A program made the position numbers and the translations under genes. Below the pieces are notes generated by a model. That model saw only the letters and a list, made by a program, of their open reading frames with translations, did not search any database and was not told the origin of the DNA. A stretch of 64,000 nt of DNA from Podarcis pityusensis (Eukaryota), in NCBI GenBank assembly GCA_964106645.2, contig OZ067039.1. One strand, written 5' to 3'. Shown here piece after piece: positions 1 through 12,494 of the stretch (its first letter is position 1; every line of letters begins with the position of its first letter).

Positions 1-345
1 AATATATAATCATACAGAATGTGAAGGGACCATCAAATGTGACATAAAGCTTCTGTCCACCAGTTACAGATTAAATCCTTACGTAGTAAATTGGATTTTG
101 TAAAGTAGTGTAAAATATTGTAATATTAATCCTTGTTTTCTGAACTCAGACATTGATATTCGGTGTGAAATTGTAAACCATGCTCTTCTGAAATTGGAGG
201 CAAGGTTTTACTTGTTCCCCTTTTTACAGTTTGTAATTTTCACTGTTTTATTCCTGTATAAAGTCATTTGTAACACATGCAAATGCTTATTTTAGCTGTG
301 CTAATTTATCAAATTTGGCTACTCAATAAAATTAATTGAAAGAGC
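1..345 (+). other. Probable 3' UTR end and polyadenylation site of the upstream gene (SEC24A by recalled synteny)
   Basis: AU-rich, UTR-like sequence ending in AATAAA at 325-330. Identity rests only on recalled vertebrate gene order; no coding sequence is in the window. Confidence 0.35.
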
Positions 346-476
346 TCACACAGAACTTCATCAGTCCTTTTTACAAACAGAAGTTGGATGCCACAGGAAA
401 CTTGGCAGTGTTAGTGCCATAGCCAGGCTTGAAGCCAGACTGGAATGGATCAAAGTAATCAGTTTCCTACCAAGTA

Positions 477-716
477 CAGTGGTACCTCAGGTTAAGAACT
501 TAATTCGTTCTGGAGGTCCGTTCTTAACCTGAAACTGTTCTTAACCTGAAGCACCACTTTAGCTAATGGGGCCTCCTGCTGCTGCCGCACCGCCAGAGCC
601 TGATTTCTGTTCTTATCCTGAAGCAAAGTTCTTAACCTGAGGTACTATTTCTGGGTTAGCGGAGTCTAACCTGAAGCGTCTATAACCTGAAGCATCTGTA
701 ACCCGAGGTACCATTG
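477..716. mobile_element. Tc1/mariner (Tigger/pogo-like) non-autonomous MITE
   Basis: TIRs CAGTGGTACCTC...GAGGTACCA(T)TG, with TA on both sides (475-476, 717-718). Near-identical reverse-oriented copies at 40694 and 44893. Confidence 0.85.
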
Positions 717-2386
717 TATGCCTGAAGCTGGACTGCCACCACCTTCCTGACCACCTTGCCCCAAAAGGAAATATTCACCATTGGGCAATAGATTAACACT
801 TCTGGAACCAAGTAGGTTTTCTTGAGGAGATGCATCACTGCCTCCTCTATGACAGGGGGTACTCCTCACTCTCTATTGAAGAATTAATCACTTCCTGAAC
901 CCACCTAATCAACTCCCTGCAGCTAGCTCTAAGAAGCCAGAATCATCAGCAAGGGACAATGAGACCTGTGGTCAGCTACACTTCTCTAAGCAGCTTGCCC
1001 ACACCCTTAGGTTGCAATAATCTAAACTGATCCAGTGCTCCAGATGCCTTAGTTGGACTTAGTGTACCCATGAGGATACTGCCTACCAGCCTATTCACAA
1101 AAAGTTACAAGTAGAGAGTCATTAGTGCACATAAAGGAGCTTAAAAGCAAATGTCTTCATTATATAACACACACACGCACACCAGGAAAAACTAAAAGTT
1201 TGTTTAGGGGGTGGTATGGGCATTGGCACAACATTTAGAAAGAGGGGAGGAATGAAGGACAAAAAATTGGCAAGTAAAAGTATAATTGCTTGATATGTTG
1301 TACAAATGTTAATGCTGCAATCCTATGCTTGCTTCTTTGGATTACAGCCACTGAATATAATGTAAACATGCATAAGATTTGGGGGTGCATGGATTTTACA
1401 AAATCTCAGGAAACAGCATTTACAATGGCAAGGTATATTTCACCAAAATTTTAAAAACAACCAGAAACTATCAGGTATACACAACCCCCACAAAAAGACA
1501 TGTCATGACATCCTTGGCACCCATTTGATGCCTATAATTAATGTATAACGACTCTATTGCTGTTTTTTGTTTAATTGAAAAGCATAGGTTTAATGCAATT
1601 TATGAACGTTATCCTCTAGCTGTAAGGATTTCTACATTTAGGAAACAACCAGTCTATAATAACATAGCAGGATGGGACAGCATTCCTTACTTGTGTAACC
1701 ACAGAAGTGTGAGTTGAAGACTTGCGTGTTTATGCAGAGATTGCTGGTGGGGGAGGTGAGTGCAGCAAACAAAAACAACCCCTAATTGGTTTTGAGGATC
1801 TAGAGAGCAGTGGAAAGAAAGTAGAATGGGAACACATGGAATTAAATGGAAGGTGCCCGAGTATGTCTTTTTGTGTTATCTTTGGAACACATTAACACAA
1901 TGACACAGCCGCTTTCTCAAATTACTTGACAAGGCTTTAGAACTTCTAAAATCACCCTTCAAGAATTCCAGTAAGAATGGTGCAGTCCCTTTTATATTCA
2001 GACAAAAATATGGTGATCTCTAAATCATAATATTGCAATTACAAAGGTGTGACAAAACAAATTTAAGCCACAGAAGAGGTGGCTAAGTGTGACAAGTTTT
2101 ATTTCAACAGTAGGGTTTTGAAATAGGCACTAATATTTTAACTTCTAAGTTATCAGCTGGACGAAATGATCTCACCTGCTAGACTTTTTTTTTTTATCCA
2201 TATGACGACACTGTCTGTAAATGACTTCACTGTTGTAGTTAAGTGTTCCTGTAAATGTGTATGTGCTAGTCTTTTTGTAAGCAGAGGGAATTCATGGTTC
2301 TGCCTGAGGAGGGAGAATATGAACCATAGAAAAATATTTCTCCTAACAGTACTAGGAAGACTGATGCTGTAGTAAGTTTATTAGTA

Positions 2387-2594
2387 CAGTGGTACCTCGG
2401 TTTACGCACTTAATCTGTTCCAGAAGTCTGTTCTTAAATCGAGGTGTGCTTTCCCTAATGAGGCCCTTCCACTGTTTGGATTCCGTTCTTAGACTGAGGT
2501 AAAGTTCACAAACCGGGACACTACTTCTGGTTTTGCGGAGTTCATAAACTGAATAGTTCATAAACAGGTTTGTTTTTAAACCGAGGTACCGCTG
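2387..2594. mobile_element. Tigger-like MITE, related subfamily
   Basis: TIRs CAGTGGTACCTCGGTTTA / TAAACCGAGGTACCGCTG with TA flanks. Interior diverged from the 477 copy. Confidence 0.8.
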
Positions 2595-2596
2595 TA

Positions 2597-2775
2597 TAGA
2601 ATTGTAGTGTTGGAAGGGACACAAAGGGTCATTGAATCCAGCTCCCTGCAATGCAGGAATCACTGCTAAAGAATTCCTGACAGATGGCCATCCAACCTGC
2701 TTACTACATTTGAGGTTTTGGTCTACCACCTTCCCAGGTAGTTTGTTCCACTGTCAAACAGCTCTTACCATCAGA
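2597..2775 (-). mobile_element. CR1 LINE 3' end fragment
   Basis: TAGAATTGTAG..TTGGAAGGGAC..GGTCAT..TCCA..CCCTGC..GATGGCCATCCA resembles the antisense CR1 3' tail. Confidence 0.6.
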
Positions 2776-3839
2776 GGACTTTGTCTATTTGCAAAACAGC
2801 TCTTAGGTTTGGAACTCCAAGCAAGATGACAGAAAGCATGGTTTAATTCTAACAGTGTCATTTTTAACACTCCATAGTAAGGAAGACTTTATTATAATTT
2901 TAAGTGCTAATGTTTATGATTTCACATGTCAAATTCTGGCGGGTCTGCTTTAGATTTTGTTAGGGTTGTGGAAGAGTAAAGAGATTAATGTATATTTTGT
3001 AATTTTGTGCATGAGAAATATCTTTGTATGCATTGCATAGCTGAGTCAGATTACACTTTGAGTCTTGGAACAATCTTAGATTCCTTAACTAAATACAGCT
3101 CTTCCTGCTTTTATCTTGGAGAAGTCCCCCAGACATCCAGGTGTTTTTAGACACCCATGATAGGAGAGGGAGACAAAACCTTGTATGTGTGTACTTACTG
3201 CTCTGTTTAATATAGGTTTCCATAAAAGACCACAAGCTTCCATGAGAGATATGCTATGATTAGCAGGCATTTTCTCGAAGACCAAATAAAAACGCTAAGA
3301 GCTATGAAGACGGGATCTGAATGAGACAAACCCTTAAAATATGGGCAAGTTATATGTATTTCCTCAGATAAAGGTGCATGCTGCTCAAAATTTCTTAAAA
3401 GGGAATATTAGTTTTAAAGGAGCAAAATGGGTGCCTGATGATTTTTCTTTAAAGAAAACAAAAGGCTGTTTAAAAAACGAAAAAAATTAACACTAAAATT
3501 TGTGTTTCAATATGAGAAAGGCAAAAGTAAAAATTGATATACAATAGCTGTTGGCAGTTGTTCGTTCATACATTGAGATCAGGCTATTCAGCTTGGATGC
3601 TGAGCTAATAAACGTTAACTCCAAAAATAAATCCGATTGTGGACCTCTGGTGCTTACTCCCAAGTGCATAGGATTTGCAGACTACATTTCCTCGAGTAAT
3701 TGTCCTATTGTCACTCCCCCCAAATACATTTGTAGAGTCAGGTTTGAAGATGCCACCATCTCCTGCATTAGGACAAATGCTACAGCGTGGAGCGATTGTG
3801 ACACCCACCCACCCTTGCTGTATGAGGTCATTGCATACT

Positions 3840-4560
3840 CCTCATCCCCGCCCGGGCACTATCAACGCCTCTCCCTCCAGCACGCATGCGCAAGCACTTC
3901 TTCGGCAGGCTGCTTTCGCCATCTTTGCGAAGGGCGCCATCCTCCAGCGAAAACAGCCTCAGGTTACGAGCCCGTCGAGGGGGTTTGCCGTAAGCTCCCG
4001 CGGTTACAAGTAAAAGCCTGTCCTCACAACCCGCATCCAAGATGGCGCCGCTCGTGCCACCGGCTGGAGGCGGTACCTAAAATGGCGGCGCCGGCGGCGC
4101 ATGCGCATTAGCGAAGGGTTGGCAGAGCGGGGCCTGGCCGTTCCCTATTGTGTGCCTTCTGCGGAGAGGAAGCTCGAGGGCTTTTCGCTGCTGCTGCTGC
4201 CGCCGCCGCCTCGGTGCTACTAGGGATGGAGACGGAGCCTCTGGAAGGAGACGGCGGCGGCCATGAGGGGCCTAAGACGACTTCGGCCACGGCCCCCGGA
4301 CTCACGGCCTCTCAGCGCCGGGCCGAGATTCGCCGGAGGAAACTGCTGATGAACTCGGAGGATCGGATCAACCGGATCATGGGCTTCCACCGGCCAAAGG
4401 CGGGTGAGGACGGGGCGTGGCTTTGGGGGGCGGTTTTTGACTGCGCTGGGCATCCCCTGTCTTGCCCGGGCGCTTATGAACGACCTCTTTCCTTCCTTGT
4501 CGGGGGTGGGAGCTCAACACGCGCCCGTCTTTCCTCGTCAAGTCCTCCTCTCCTTCCCGA
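3840..4560 (+). promoter_or_regulatory. CAMLG CpG-island promoter with NRF1 and YY1 motifs
   Basis: CpG-rich. NRF1-type GCGCATGCGCA at 4097-4107 and CGCATGCGCA at 3883-3892. YY1-type CAAGATGGCG at 4038, AAAATGGCGGC at 4079, and reverse CGCCATCTTT at 3917. Confidence 0.75.
4226..4403 (+). CDS. CAMLG: CAMLG coding exon 1
   Basis: GGGATGG start, METEPLEG...FHRPKA; donor CGG|GTGAGG, phase 1. Confidence 0.92.
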
Positions 4561-7500
4561 ACAATGGGTTAACATAGTCCGTATATTAACAAGCTAATCT
4601 GATCGCTCAAAATGACACTGCCCCTCCTCCCCGAGCGATATATCGCATTCGTCTTATTTGAGGTGCTCCCCCCCCTTTACCTTTTCAGTAAAGGTGCTTT
4701 GTTTGAAGATAAATCAAGTTCTTTCATGCGATCCAAGGATGGCTGTTTCAGCATTGAAAATGGTCACACCTGCCTCTACGTCCTTTGGGAAGAACAAATC
4801 ATGCACAATTTATAAATTAATGTGTGTTTCGTTCAGGATTTGTGTTTCCATTTGCAATGGAGAAAGGTGAATGCTCTTACTATATTTGACGCGAAAGTGC
4901 CAACAAACCGTGCTGAATCATTTCAATACTTATTACTGAATGAAATCAATATTTTTTTTTTCATAATTCTATTCTCTGAAACATTTTTATCCCACCTGTT
5001 GCTTATTTATTCACTCAATTTATTAGTTTTTTGGGATGACATATGGGTTTAAAACAGCTATTACCACCAAGAAGCCCTGGGTGGGTGTATCCTTGCAAAT
5101 AAGCTTGCAAGGTCTGACTGCGCAAGAGCTTTATGTGAGAGAACTTTAAGAGTACAGGAATTTGAATCTTTCTACTCCTTTAACCCTAACCAGTATAGCA
5201 CGCTGACTGGTCTCTCTCCTGTTATTTATCATTTAGATAATGTTTCCAGTTCACAATATAACTTGTAACACTTGTTTGCCTTGTGTTGCCATTTTTAAAT
5301 GTGGAACTGAGACCAAGATGATTTGCCTACTGCTTGCATAATGAATCTTTGTCATGTTCCTTGATTTCCTATTGAATATGTAGATAGTTTTATTAATGTG
5401 CTGTGCTTCTGGCTGCATTTAAAAGCAGAGAATGTAACTTAACACTTAGGTGGGGAAGCTGTACAGTAGCTCCTGCTTTTAGTACTTTTTGGTCAAGAAG
5501 AGGAGGAAGTCAGTTGTGGAAATCACAACTCATTAGAGCTTGCAGGTGTTTACGTGCTTTGATTATTTCTGTGTCCTTCCAGTACTCTTTAATATTTTCA
5601 GAGCTGAGATTCCACAGTATGTATTGGTGCCATGCTCTTTCTTCTGGTGTGTTTGAAATATTGGAGATTGAAATTGTTTCTTTCTAGTTTAAGGGTGCTA
5701 GTAATCCTCTGAAGAATGATGACAACGTGAAGCACTTAAAAGTCCCTGAACCAGGTGCTGCTGAAGCTTTTTTGTCCCATGGGTCACATTCAGTATTGAC
5801 CAAACCTCTAGAGGCTACAGGCAGCGGCGTAGCGTGGGTTGTCAGCACCCGGGGCAAGGCAAGTAATTTGCGCCCCCTAACCCGGGGCAAGCCAAGTAAT
5901 TTGCGCCCCCTAACCTGGGGCAAGGCAAGTAATTTGCGCCCCCTAACCTGCCGCCGCTGCCAGCTTCTTCTTGCTGCTGCCTGGGCTGGTCTGGTGTGGT
6001 TCTCTCCCGTGCTCAGCGCTGCGCTGGGCGGCTGCTGCACTGTCCCTCCCCCAGATAGTCCCTCGCTCTCTCTCCGCACCGCACGCCTGGCACCCACCCC
6101 CTCCACAGTGGGCGGCGACCCAGCGGCTCGGATCGGATTCGCACAGCCAGCACTGCAGTGAGAGAGAGTGAGTGAGCCAGGTAGGGGCAGAGAGCTGCGA
6201 GTGCTAGTGCGCCCCCCCCAGATGTTGCGCCCGGTGCGGCTGGCCCCCCCCTGCACCCCCCACGCTACGCCACTGGCTACAGGTCAGCACTGGATGTGGC
6301 CACCCCATACCCTCACTCATGCACACCTGCATGTGTGTACTTTGCCCACAGCTGATTTGTGCAGATTAGCTGAGGATCATCAAAGTATTATTGGTCATCA
6401 AAGTATGGGTCTGAAGGCCAGGGAGACGGTGATTTTCATTCCCATCAGGTTTAGAGCTTTCTATCATTGTAGCACCAATACCAGTACTTTTCTTTCTAGA
6501 AAAAGAGTTACAGGAACACCCACTTTTTTTTTAGTTGAGCTTCTTTAAGGGGAAACCAAAGCTGGCGTGGGGGGGCAGCCACCCCTGTGCTAAATGAGGG
6601 TTTAGCACTGCTTCCTCCCCACAAACATGCCCTCCTTCCTTCACTTCTTCCTGGCCAACACTAAGGGGAACAGATACTTCATTTTAGATTAACCACAGTT
6701 TAGTTTGCTGTCCAAACCCTGAACTATGGCTGATCTTAACTATAGTTAACTATCTTAACACAGTTTGACTGAGCTTGGATGACATGAGAAGCTGTGACTA
6801 ATAAAAAGTGGAAAGCTCTGGGAGAGGTTTGGTGAAAGCATGTGAGCCTGGGAGAAAGATAGACTTGCTTTCGCAACGCTAAACTGTGGGTTAGTGTTCT
6901 GTCCAAACTAACCCATTATGGTCAGCTTTCTCCTTGGCAGGCTTTGTGACTTTTCATATGTGTGCTATAAAGCAGTTTTGGAAAGCCTATAGAATGGTGT
7001 TTTTAATTATTCTGTCACAGTTCTTGGAAAAAAGAGGCATGAAATGTTTACACATTTAAAAGATTAAAGATCGCATTTCTGGTTTGTACTTTTGTTCTTC
7101 CTTCTACAGTTTGTAGTCACAAATCCTTCTTGGTATGACTTGTTTCTCTCCAAACCACTGTTATATGCAAAATGAGTTATTTAAAGAGCTTCGGCAAAAA
7201 GTCTCTCTGCAATCAATCTATTTGACTCAGGAAAAAAATATGTGTGGAAAATTTATTATTTGGTTATTTGGCCTCGATAAACTACTGTAATTGGAATGGA
7301 ACCAGAGGAAAGCACATGGAATGGAGTTGGTAGAAGTAACCACTCTAGCTTCATGAAAATCTGCTCTTGAGTATTAGGGAATACTTTTGGTTGGAGTGGG
7401 CTGTAGTGCAGGGGGATGAAGGTGGGAGAGGGGATCCCCCCAAATTAGGTGGAGACATGAGCGCTGATTGTGAAAGTTGCTTCTATCTGACTTTTTAAAA

Positions 7501-10500
7501 AATTCTCCTGCTGTCCACATAGTATGAAAATTAAACCAGCAATAAAACACAAGCAGCACAACCCTTTTTAAAATTACCACTGAACGACTAGTCCTTGTGT
7601 TTCTTTCAAAAGCCAGCAAGTAACTTGTCCTGTGTCCTTTTGAAGGGAGCTGTTTTGTAGGCTGAGGTCTGCAAGAGAAAAGGCACCAACTCTTCGTATC
7701 TTTTTGAAATGGCATTATGCTTTATTTTTATTTATTTAATAAAATTATGCCCTACCCCTTTGCCATATGACTCTCCAGGACAGGTTACTGTAATAAAACA
7801 CATAAAGCAACCAGTAGTTCAAACTCATAAAACAATCAGTATAAATAACTAAATCATTGGCTATCTGTCAGTATATCACTGCACAGGCCAGTTCCTTAAA
7901 AAGACCTGAAAGAAACAGCAGGTATTTAGCTGGGGCAGGAAGGGGGAGTGTCATTAGGCTCAATGTGAAAAGTATATGCCATTCTTCTTTGACCCCTGTT
8001 TTCCTTACAGTGCTTAGTTCCACAGCTACATGGCCTAGGACCTTAGTCTGTAGGGATCTACTACCAGTTTATGACCTGATCTGAGATGGTCACAACAGCA
8101 GCCCTACCATTGTACAAATATATGGTAAAAAAATATATATGGTAAAAAAAAGTAATAAGAAGAAAATGTTCTCCAGATGCGTGTTTTGGTTTAAAGTGGG
8201 TCCCAGGTTTGAAAACATGGAAGACTACTAGCCTAGGTCTTGTAGAGTAACCTACAATATTTAGCATAGTGACTCCTTTCTTTTTTGCCTCCTCTTTAGA
8301 TGATGACAGCCATTCAGAATCAAAACTTCAGCTGGAACAAGATAAGCCAAGCACCCTTCCCACTCCTGTTTCCAAACGGGTTGTGCTAGGTGACACTGTT
8401 TGCAGTTTGGCAGGAACAGCCGACCATGCAAGCAGTGCAATAGAGCACAAGGGAGAGAAAAAGGACTTGTTTAGCATAACTCCCGAGGTTGGAAATGATG
8501 GCACTGGCGAGCTCCGACAGCGCAGCAGAGGGGATCTGATGGAGGTTCCGCAGAGAGCACCTCGCCACGGGTTAGACCAGTATCTCTCGAGGTTTGATGA
8601 AGCGATGAAGTTAAGAAACCAACTTATCAGTGAGAAGCCAAGCCAGGAAAATGGAAATGTAGTGGAGGAATTTGATTCCTTCCGCATTTTTAGATTAGTG
8701 GGGTGTGCACTACTTGCCATTGGAGTTAGAGCTTTTGTGTGCAAATACTTGGTGAGTAAAGAAAAGTCTTAGTAACTTAGTACTTCTTGTTTATTTGACC
8801 TGGTTGCCTTACTGATTAGCCCAGAAAGTTTGACAGTGGAATTTGCATTTGGCAGATAAGGATTTTATGCTGAGAAAAGTAATAACTTTCCCTAAGCCCG
8901 CCCATCAAGTTCATAGCTAAGTAGAGATTTGGATTTAGGCCCAAATCCATAATTCTGTCCACTCTTCAACAGTGGCTTGTCCTAAGTAGTGATGATTGAG
9001 CAATGATTATTTTAAGACACATGGTGTTTGGCAAGAGGATCAGAACCACAAGAAATGGTAAGCCCTGGCCTAGCAAAAGCATCAAGAAATTACTGTACTT
9101 TGGTGCTCTTCTGTATTGACAATAATTAAGCTATGGGTAGCCCTGGAAGCCCAGGACTGCCAGCAGTTTGCTTTTCAGGCTGTGCCAAGTACTGTTCTAG
9201 TCTATGCAAATGGTGCTGAAACACAGCTGACAATTTACTAGCCAGTGATAACATTTAATAGTGGAACAAACGTGGCCTTATGCATGAAGCTTAACTACAA
9301 AATATGCCTAGGTTTCGCCTTGTCTTAATCCTGTTGTGAGCTAATGAAGCAGCCTGTCCAAAGCAATTGGGCTAAAGTTTTCTTGCCATCAGAACCCTTA
9401 AGGAAGATGTAGCCATCTGATTTTAGGACTGAGGTCAAGTTGGCAAGATATGGACACAAATTCCTAGACATCAAAAATGAAGAAGACTGCTTTCTTAAAT
9501 TACTTAATCATCTGTCAAAAATCATACAAAACAATTCAAAGATTTCGAGATTCCCAGGCTCGTTTTTATGGGAACTGGATAATCAGCAGAAAAGCATTTC
9601 CTAACTATATAAAGTGCAATGCCTAATCATTGCTACTATCAAGTAGCTTTAAATTATTCAAAAGTAAATTTGAATGTTATTGTTTAATTATGTGCAAGGA
9701 TGATTATTTACTGAATGATTCATATGAAAGTTTTCCTTGGGGACTTTTTGAATGGACATCTTCCTAGACATTACTATAGCACTCTAACTGGTCTGTACCA
9801 GTATGTTAGATATATGTTAGTGACTTCTCTGGATCTTCCTTAAATATAAATTCAGTCTGTTTTGACAGTGGTGCTTTGAAATTTGGTTATCTTCTCTATA
9901 TTTTCCAATCAATTGGTTGAAACACTTCATAGGCTATTTCCTTGAAATAATGTAGCAATGTGAATTTCTTGTTACTACTTTCTGTTTCATTTAACTTCTT
10001 TGTTTTTTCCCCCCACAGTCAATATTTGCTCCATTTCTTACCTTACAGCTTGCATACATGGGGTTGTCAAAGTATTTCCCAAAGGTAAGACCTTTTTTTA
10101 GGACAAATGGATTATCAAAATGTCTTAACTTAAAATAAGATTTGACAGAGAAAGCTCTGTTTTAGAATTTTCTTAGCTTTTATGCAGAATAGCAGATAAT
10201 GACAATCCAATGCTAATTTAGGTTTATCAGCAATTGTTTGCATTTTGTGTATATACATTTTGAATACTTGAGAGTAGTCAGCTACAGAGACAATGCATAA
10301 ACTCTTCAGTACTGAGGATCTTCATGGGTGTAAGTTACATTCAACTTTAGAATACTTTATTTCTGAGTAAACATGTTTTGGACTGTGATTCTAGGCACGC
10401 TTACCTGGGAGCCACTCTCTGAACTCCATGCAGCTTACGTCTGAATAGAAAAATACAGGAATGCTCTGTAAAATGGGCTAACCTATTGATCTTGCCGTTA

Positions 10501-12111
10501 CCTGGAAGTCACCATCTATAAGCTTGGTGGCATCGTTATTGTAAAATAGACTTTGTCAGACTTCAGGTCCAGGGTACCAAACTCCCATTCTTTTAGGTGC
10601 ATATTGCGACAGGGAATTTCATTAGCGTGAGCAGTTTTCTGAGCTCTGGGCGCAATATTGCTCCTAAAATTTCAGATTAAAACTGCAGAGTTGAAGGAAA
10701 GGAGGACCTTTTTCTGCCTCCCCACTTCCAGCTACTCTGTGAAGACTAGAGAAGAGACCCTCTTAAGACTATTAAGGGGATGGGCAGGGGAAGGACTAGA
10801 CCATGTGAAAAATGAACATAATATTTGTATTGTTGTTATAAAAAAGCATGCCTAGACATTTCGTTGTGCCCATAACATAGATTTAAGGTGCCATTTAGCT
10901 CCTAGCTTTCATATCCCAGTTTCTAACACTGACCAGGCCACATATTGTGGCAGATTTCTCAGAGGCTTTTTGTAGCATAGGCAATGTATTTTCATCTTGA
11001 GATTTTCTTACGGCATTGGCAATAATATTTATGTGACAGACTGATCATCTGAATTCTAACTGGGAAGAAAATTCCCCTTGATTGAATAGGGCTCATTCCT
11101 GTCGGTGTATGTAGGGTTGCAGATGGTTTGTAAAAGAAAAGCACAATGTTTACTTGAAAGTTGTCTCTCCTCCACCATGTTTTGCGACTGTGAATCCAGT
11201 GAACTAATCACTTTTCTGCAGATTACTTTTGAATAACTTTTGTGGGAGATGTTGGCCTTCTTGATGTATATCAGGGGCAGGGAACCCTTTTCAGCCTGAG
11301 CGCCGCATTCCTGTGTTGGCAGCGTTCCAGATGCCAAAAATGGGCAGAGAAACAGACGTGGCATGTACCTTTGTATGGAAGGTGACATTCCAGCCACACA
11401 CAACAGCCAGATGTTTCTAATTACACAAACCTCTCTCTATCTTCCATCCAGGCAAGCGAGGTGCATCATTGTAGTCCTAGCTAGGCAGAAGTGCTTGAGG
11501 GAGGGCACAGATCAGGACTCATGAGGGCTGAATTTAAAGGCCTTGCAGGATTTTAAAGGCCTTGAATTTGAGACCCTGGGCATGAGGTTTCTGTCCCCTT
11601 TGCTTTACATTTTTGCCCAGGGATTGGCGCACAGCCTCATGTCTTCTTCTCACCTTTTAGTGTATTGATCAAATATCTTACTTTTCTTTCAAACTGGTGA
11701 CATTTTCAGCTAACTTTCCTTTGCTGTCATCATTGTTTTTGTGACAGTTGTATTGAGTGAAACATGAGAATTACCAAATGTGGATGACAAGGGACTTATT
11801 AAGTAACAATTAGTGGACAAAAATCCCTTTTAGTATAGCCAACTGGCAAGCAAATGTAATGGAACTTTGAAGAAAGGAACAATTTCCAGTGTGATAACAC
11901 CGTTTCCAGGTCCCAAAGTCATTACTTCATCACTGTAGCCTCTGCCCTTGCCTGATGAATGTAAGAGAATAGCACCAGCTGCTATTTGTGAACAGAAAGA
12001 GCTCATCATAATAGAAACAAGCAACCAAGATTACAGGAAAATACCTCTGAGATGCTTTTTTAAATGCACTTTGAGAGGTGTATGGTAGAATATTAGGTAA
12101 CCTTATGAAAT

Positions 12112-12144
<33 letters not shown>

Positions 12145-12494
12145 TGAATTTATATACCTCCCTATACCCTGGGGGTCTCAGGGCAGTTCACAGAATAAAA
12201 TCAAGATATAAAACCATAAAATACCTAATAAAAATAAATGTATTAAAGCTCTGATAAGGTGCTTAAAGATGAAAGCTGTGAAAAACGAAGTAATTTTTAT
12301 TTCTTACACAGAGTGAAAAGAAAACGAAGACCACGGTATTGACTGCTGCTCTTTTACTGTCTGGGATCCCTGCAGAAGTGATTAGTCGTTCCATGGACAC
12401 TTACAGCAAAATGGGGGATGTTTTTACAGACCTTTGTGTCTATTTCTTTACTTTCATCTTCTGCCATGAACTGCTTGTGTTTTTTGGTTCCTGA
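4226..12494 (+). CDS. CAMLG: CAMLG (calcium-modulating cyclophilin ligand, GET2-like tail-anchored protein insertase subunit); join(4226..4403,8300..8751,10019..10084,12312..12494), 292 aa
   Basis: Recognisable motifs: [111 protein letters not shown] introns with consistent phases; 879 nt in total. Confidence 0.95.
5822..6275. mobile_element. hAT-superfamily non-autonomous element in CAMLG intron 1
   Basis: 17-bp TIRs CAG(C/T)GGCGTAGCGTGGG / CCCACGCTACGCCACTG. Perfect 8-bp TSD GCTACAGG (5814-5821, 6276-6283). Three 33-bp subterminal repeats at 5848-5946. Confidence 0.9.
8300..8751 (+). CDS. CAMLG: CAMLG coding exon 2
   Basis: Acceptor ctctttag|AT; DDDSHSESK...AFVCKYL; donor TTG|GTGAGT. Confidence 0.95.
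10019..10084 (+). CDS. CAMLG: CAMLG coding exon 3
   Basis: Strong polypyrimidine tract and cag|; [22 protein letters not shown]; donor AAG|GTAAGA. Confidence 0.95.
12113..12235 (-). mobile_element. LINE (L2-like) 3' tail with (TTA)n microsatellite
   Basis: (TTA)n followed by TTTATATACCTCCC..CTCAGGGCAGTTCACA, typical of antisense L2-type tails. Confidence 0.5.
12312..12494 (+). CDS. CAMLG: CAMLG coding exon 4 (last)
   Basis: Acceptor cacag|AGT; [15 protein letters not shown]...[13 protein letters not shown] at 12492-12494. Confidence 0.9.
   Translation, partial: SEKKTKTTVLTAALLLSGIPAEVISRSMDTYSKMGDVFTDLCVYFFTFIFCHELLVFFGS

Noticed and set aside
3551-4111. 186-aa ORF upstream of CAMLG
   Set aside because: Non-ATG start, no recognisable domain, and it runs through the GC-rich promoter.
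5684-6548. ORFs of 66-190 aa in CAMLG intron 1
   Set aside because: They overlap the hAT MITE, and their peptide repeats are its 33-bp subterminal repeats.
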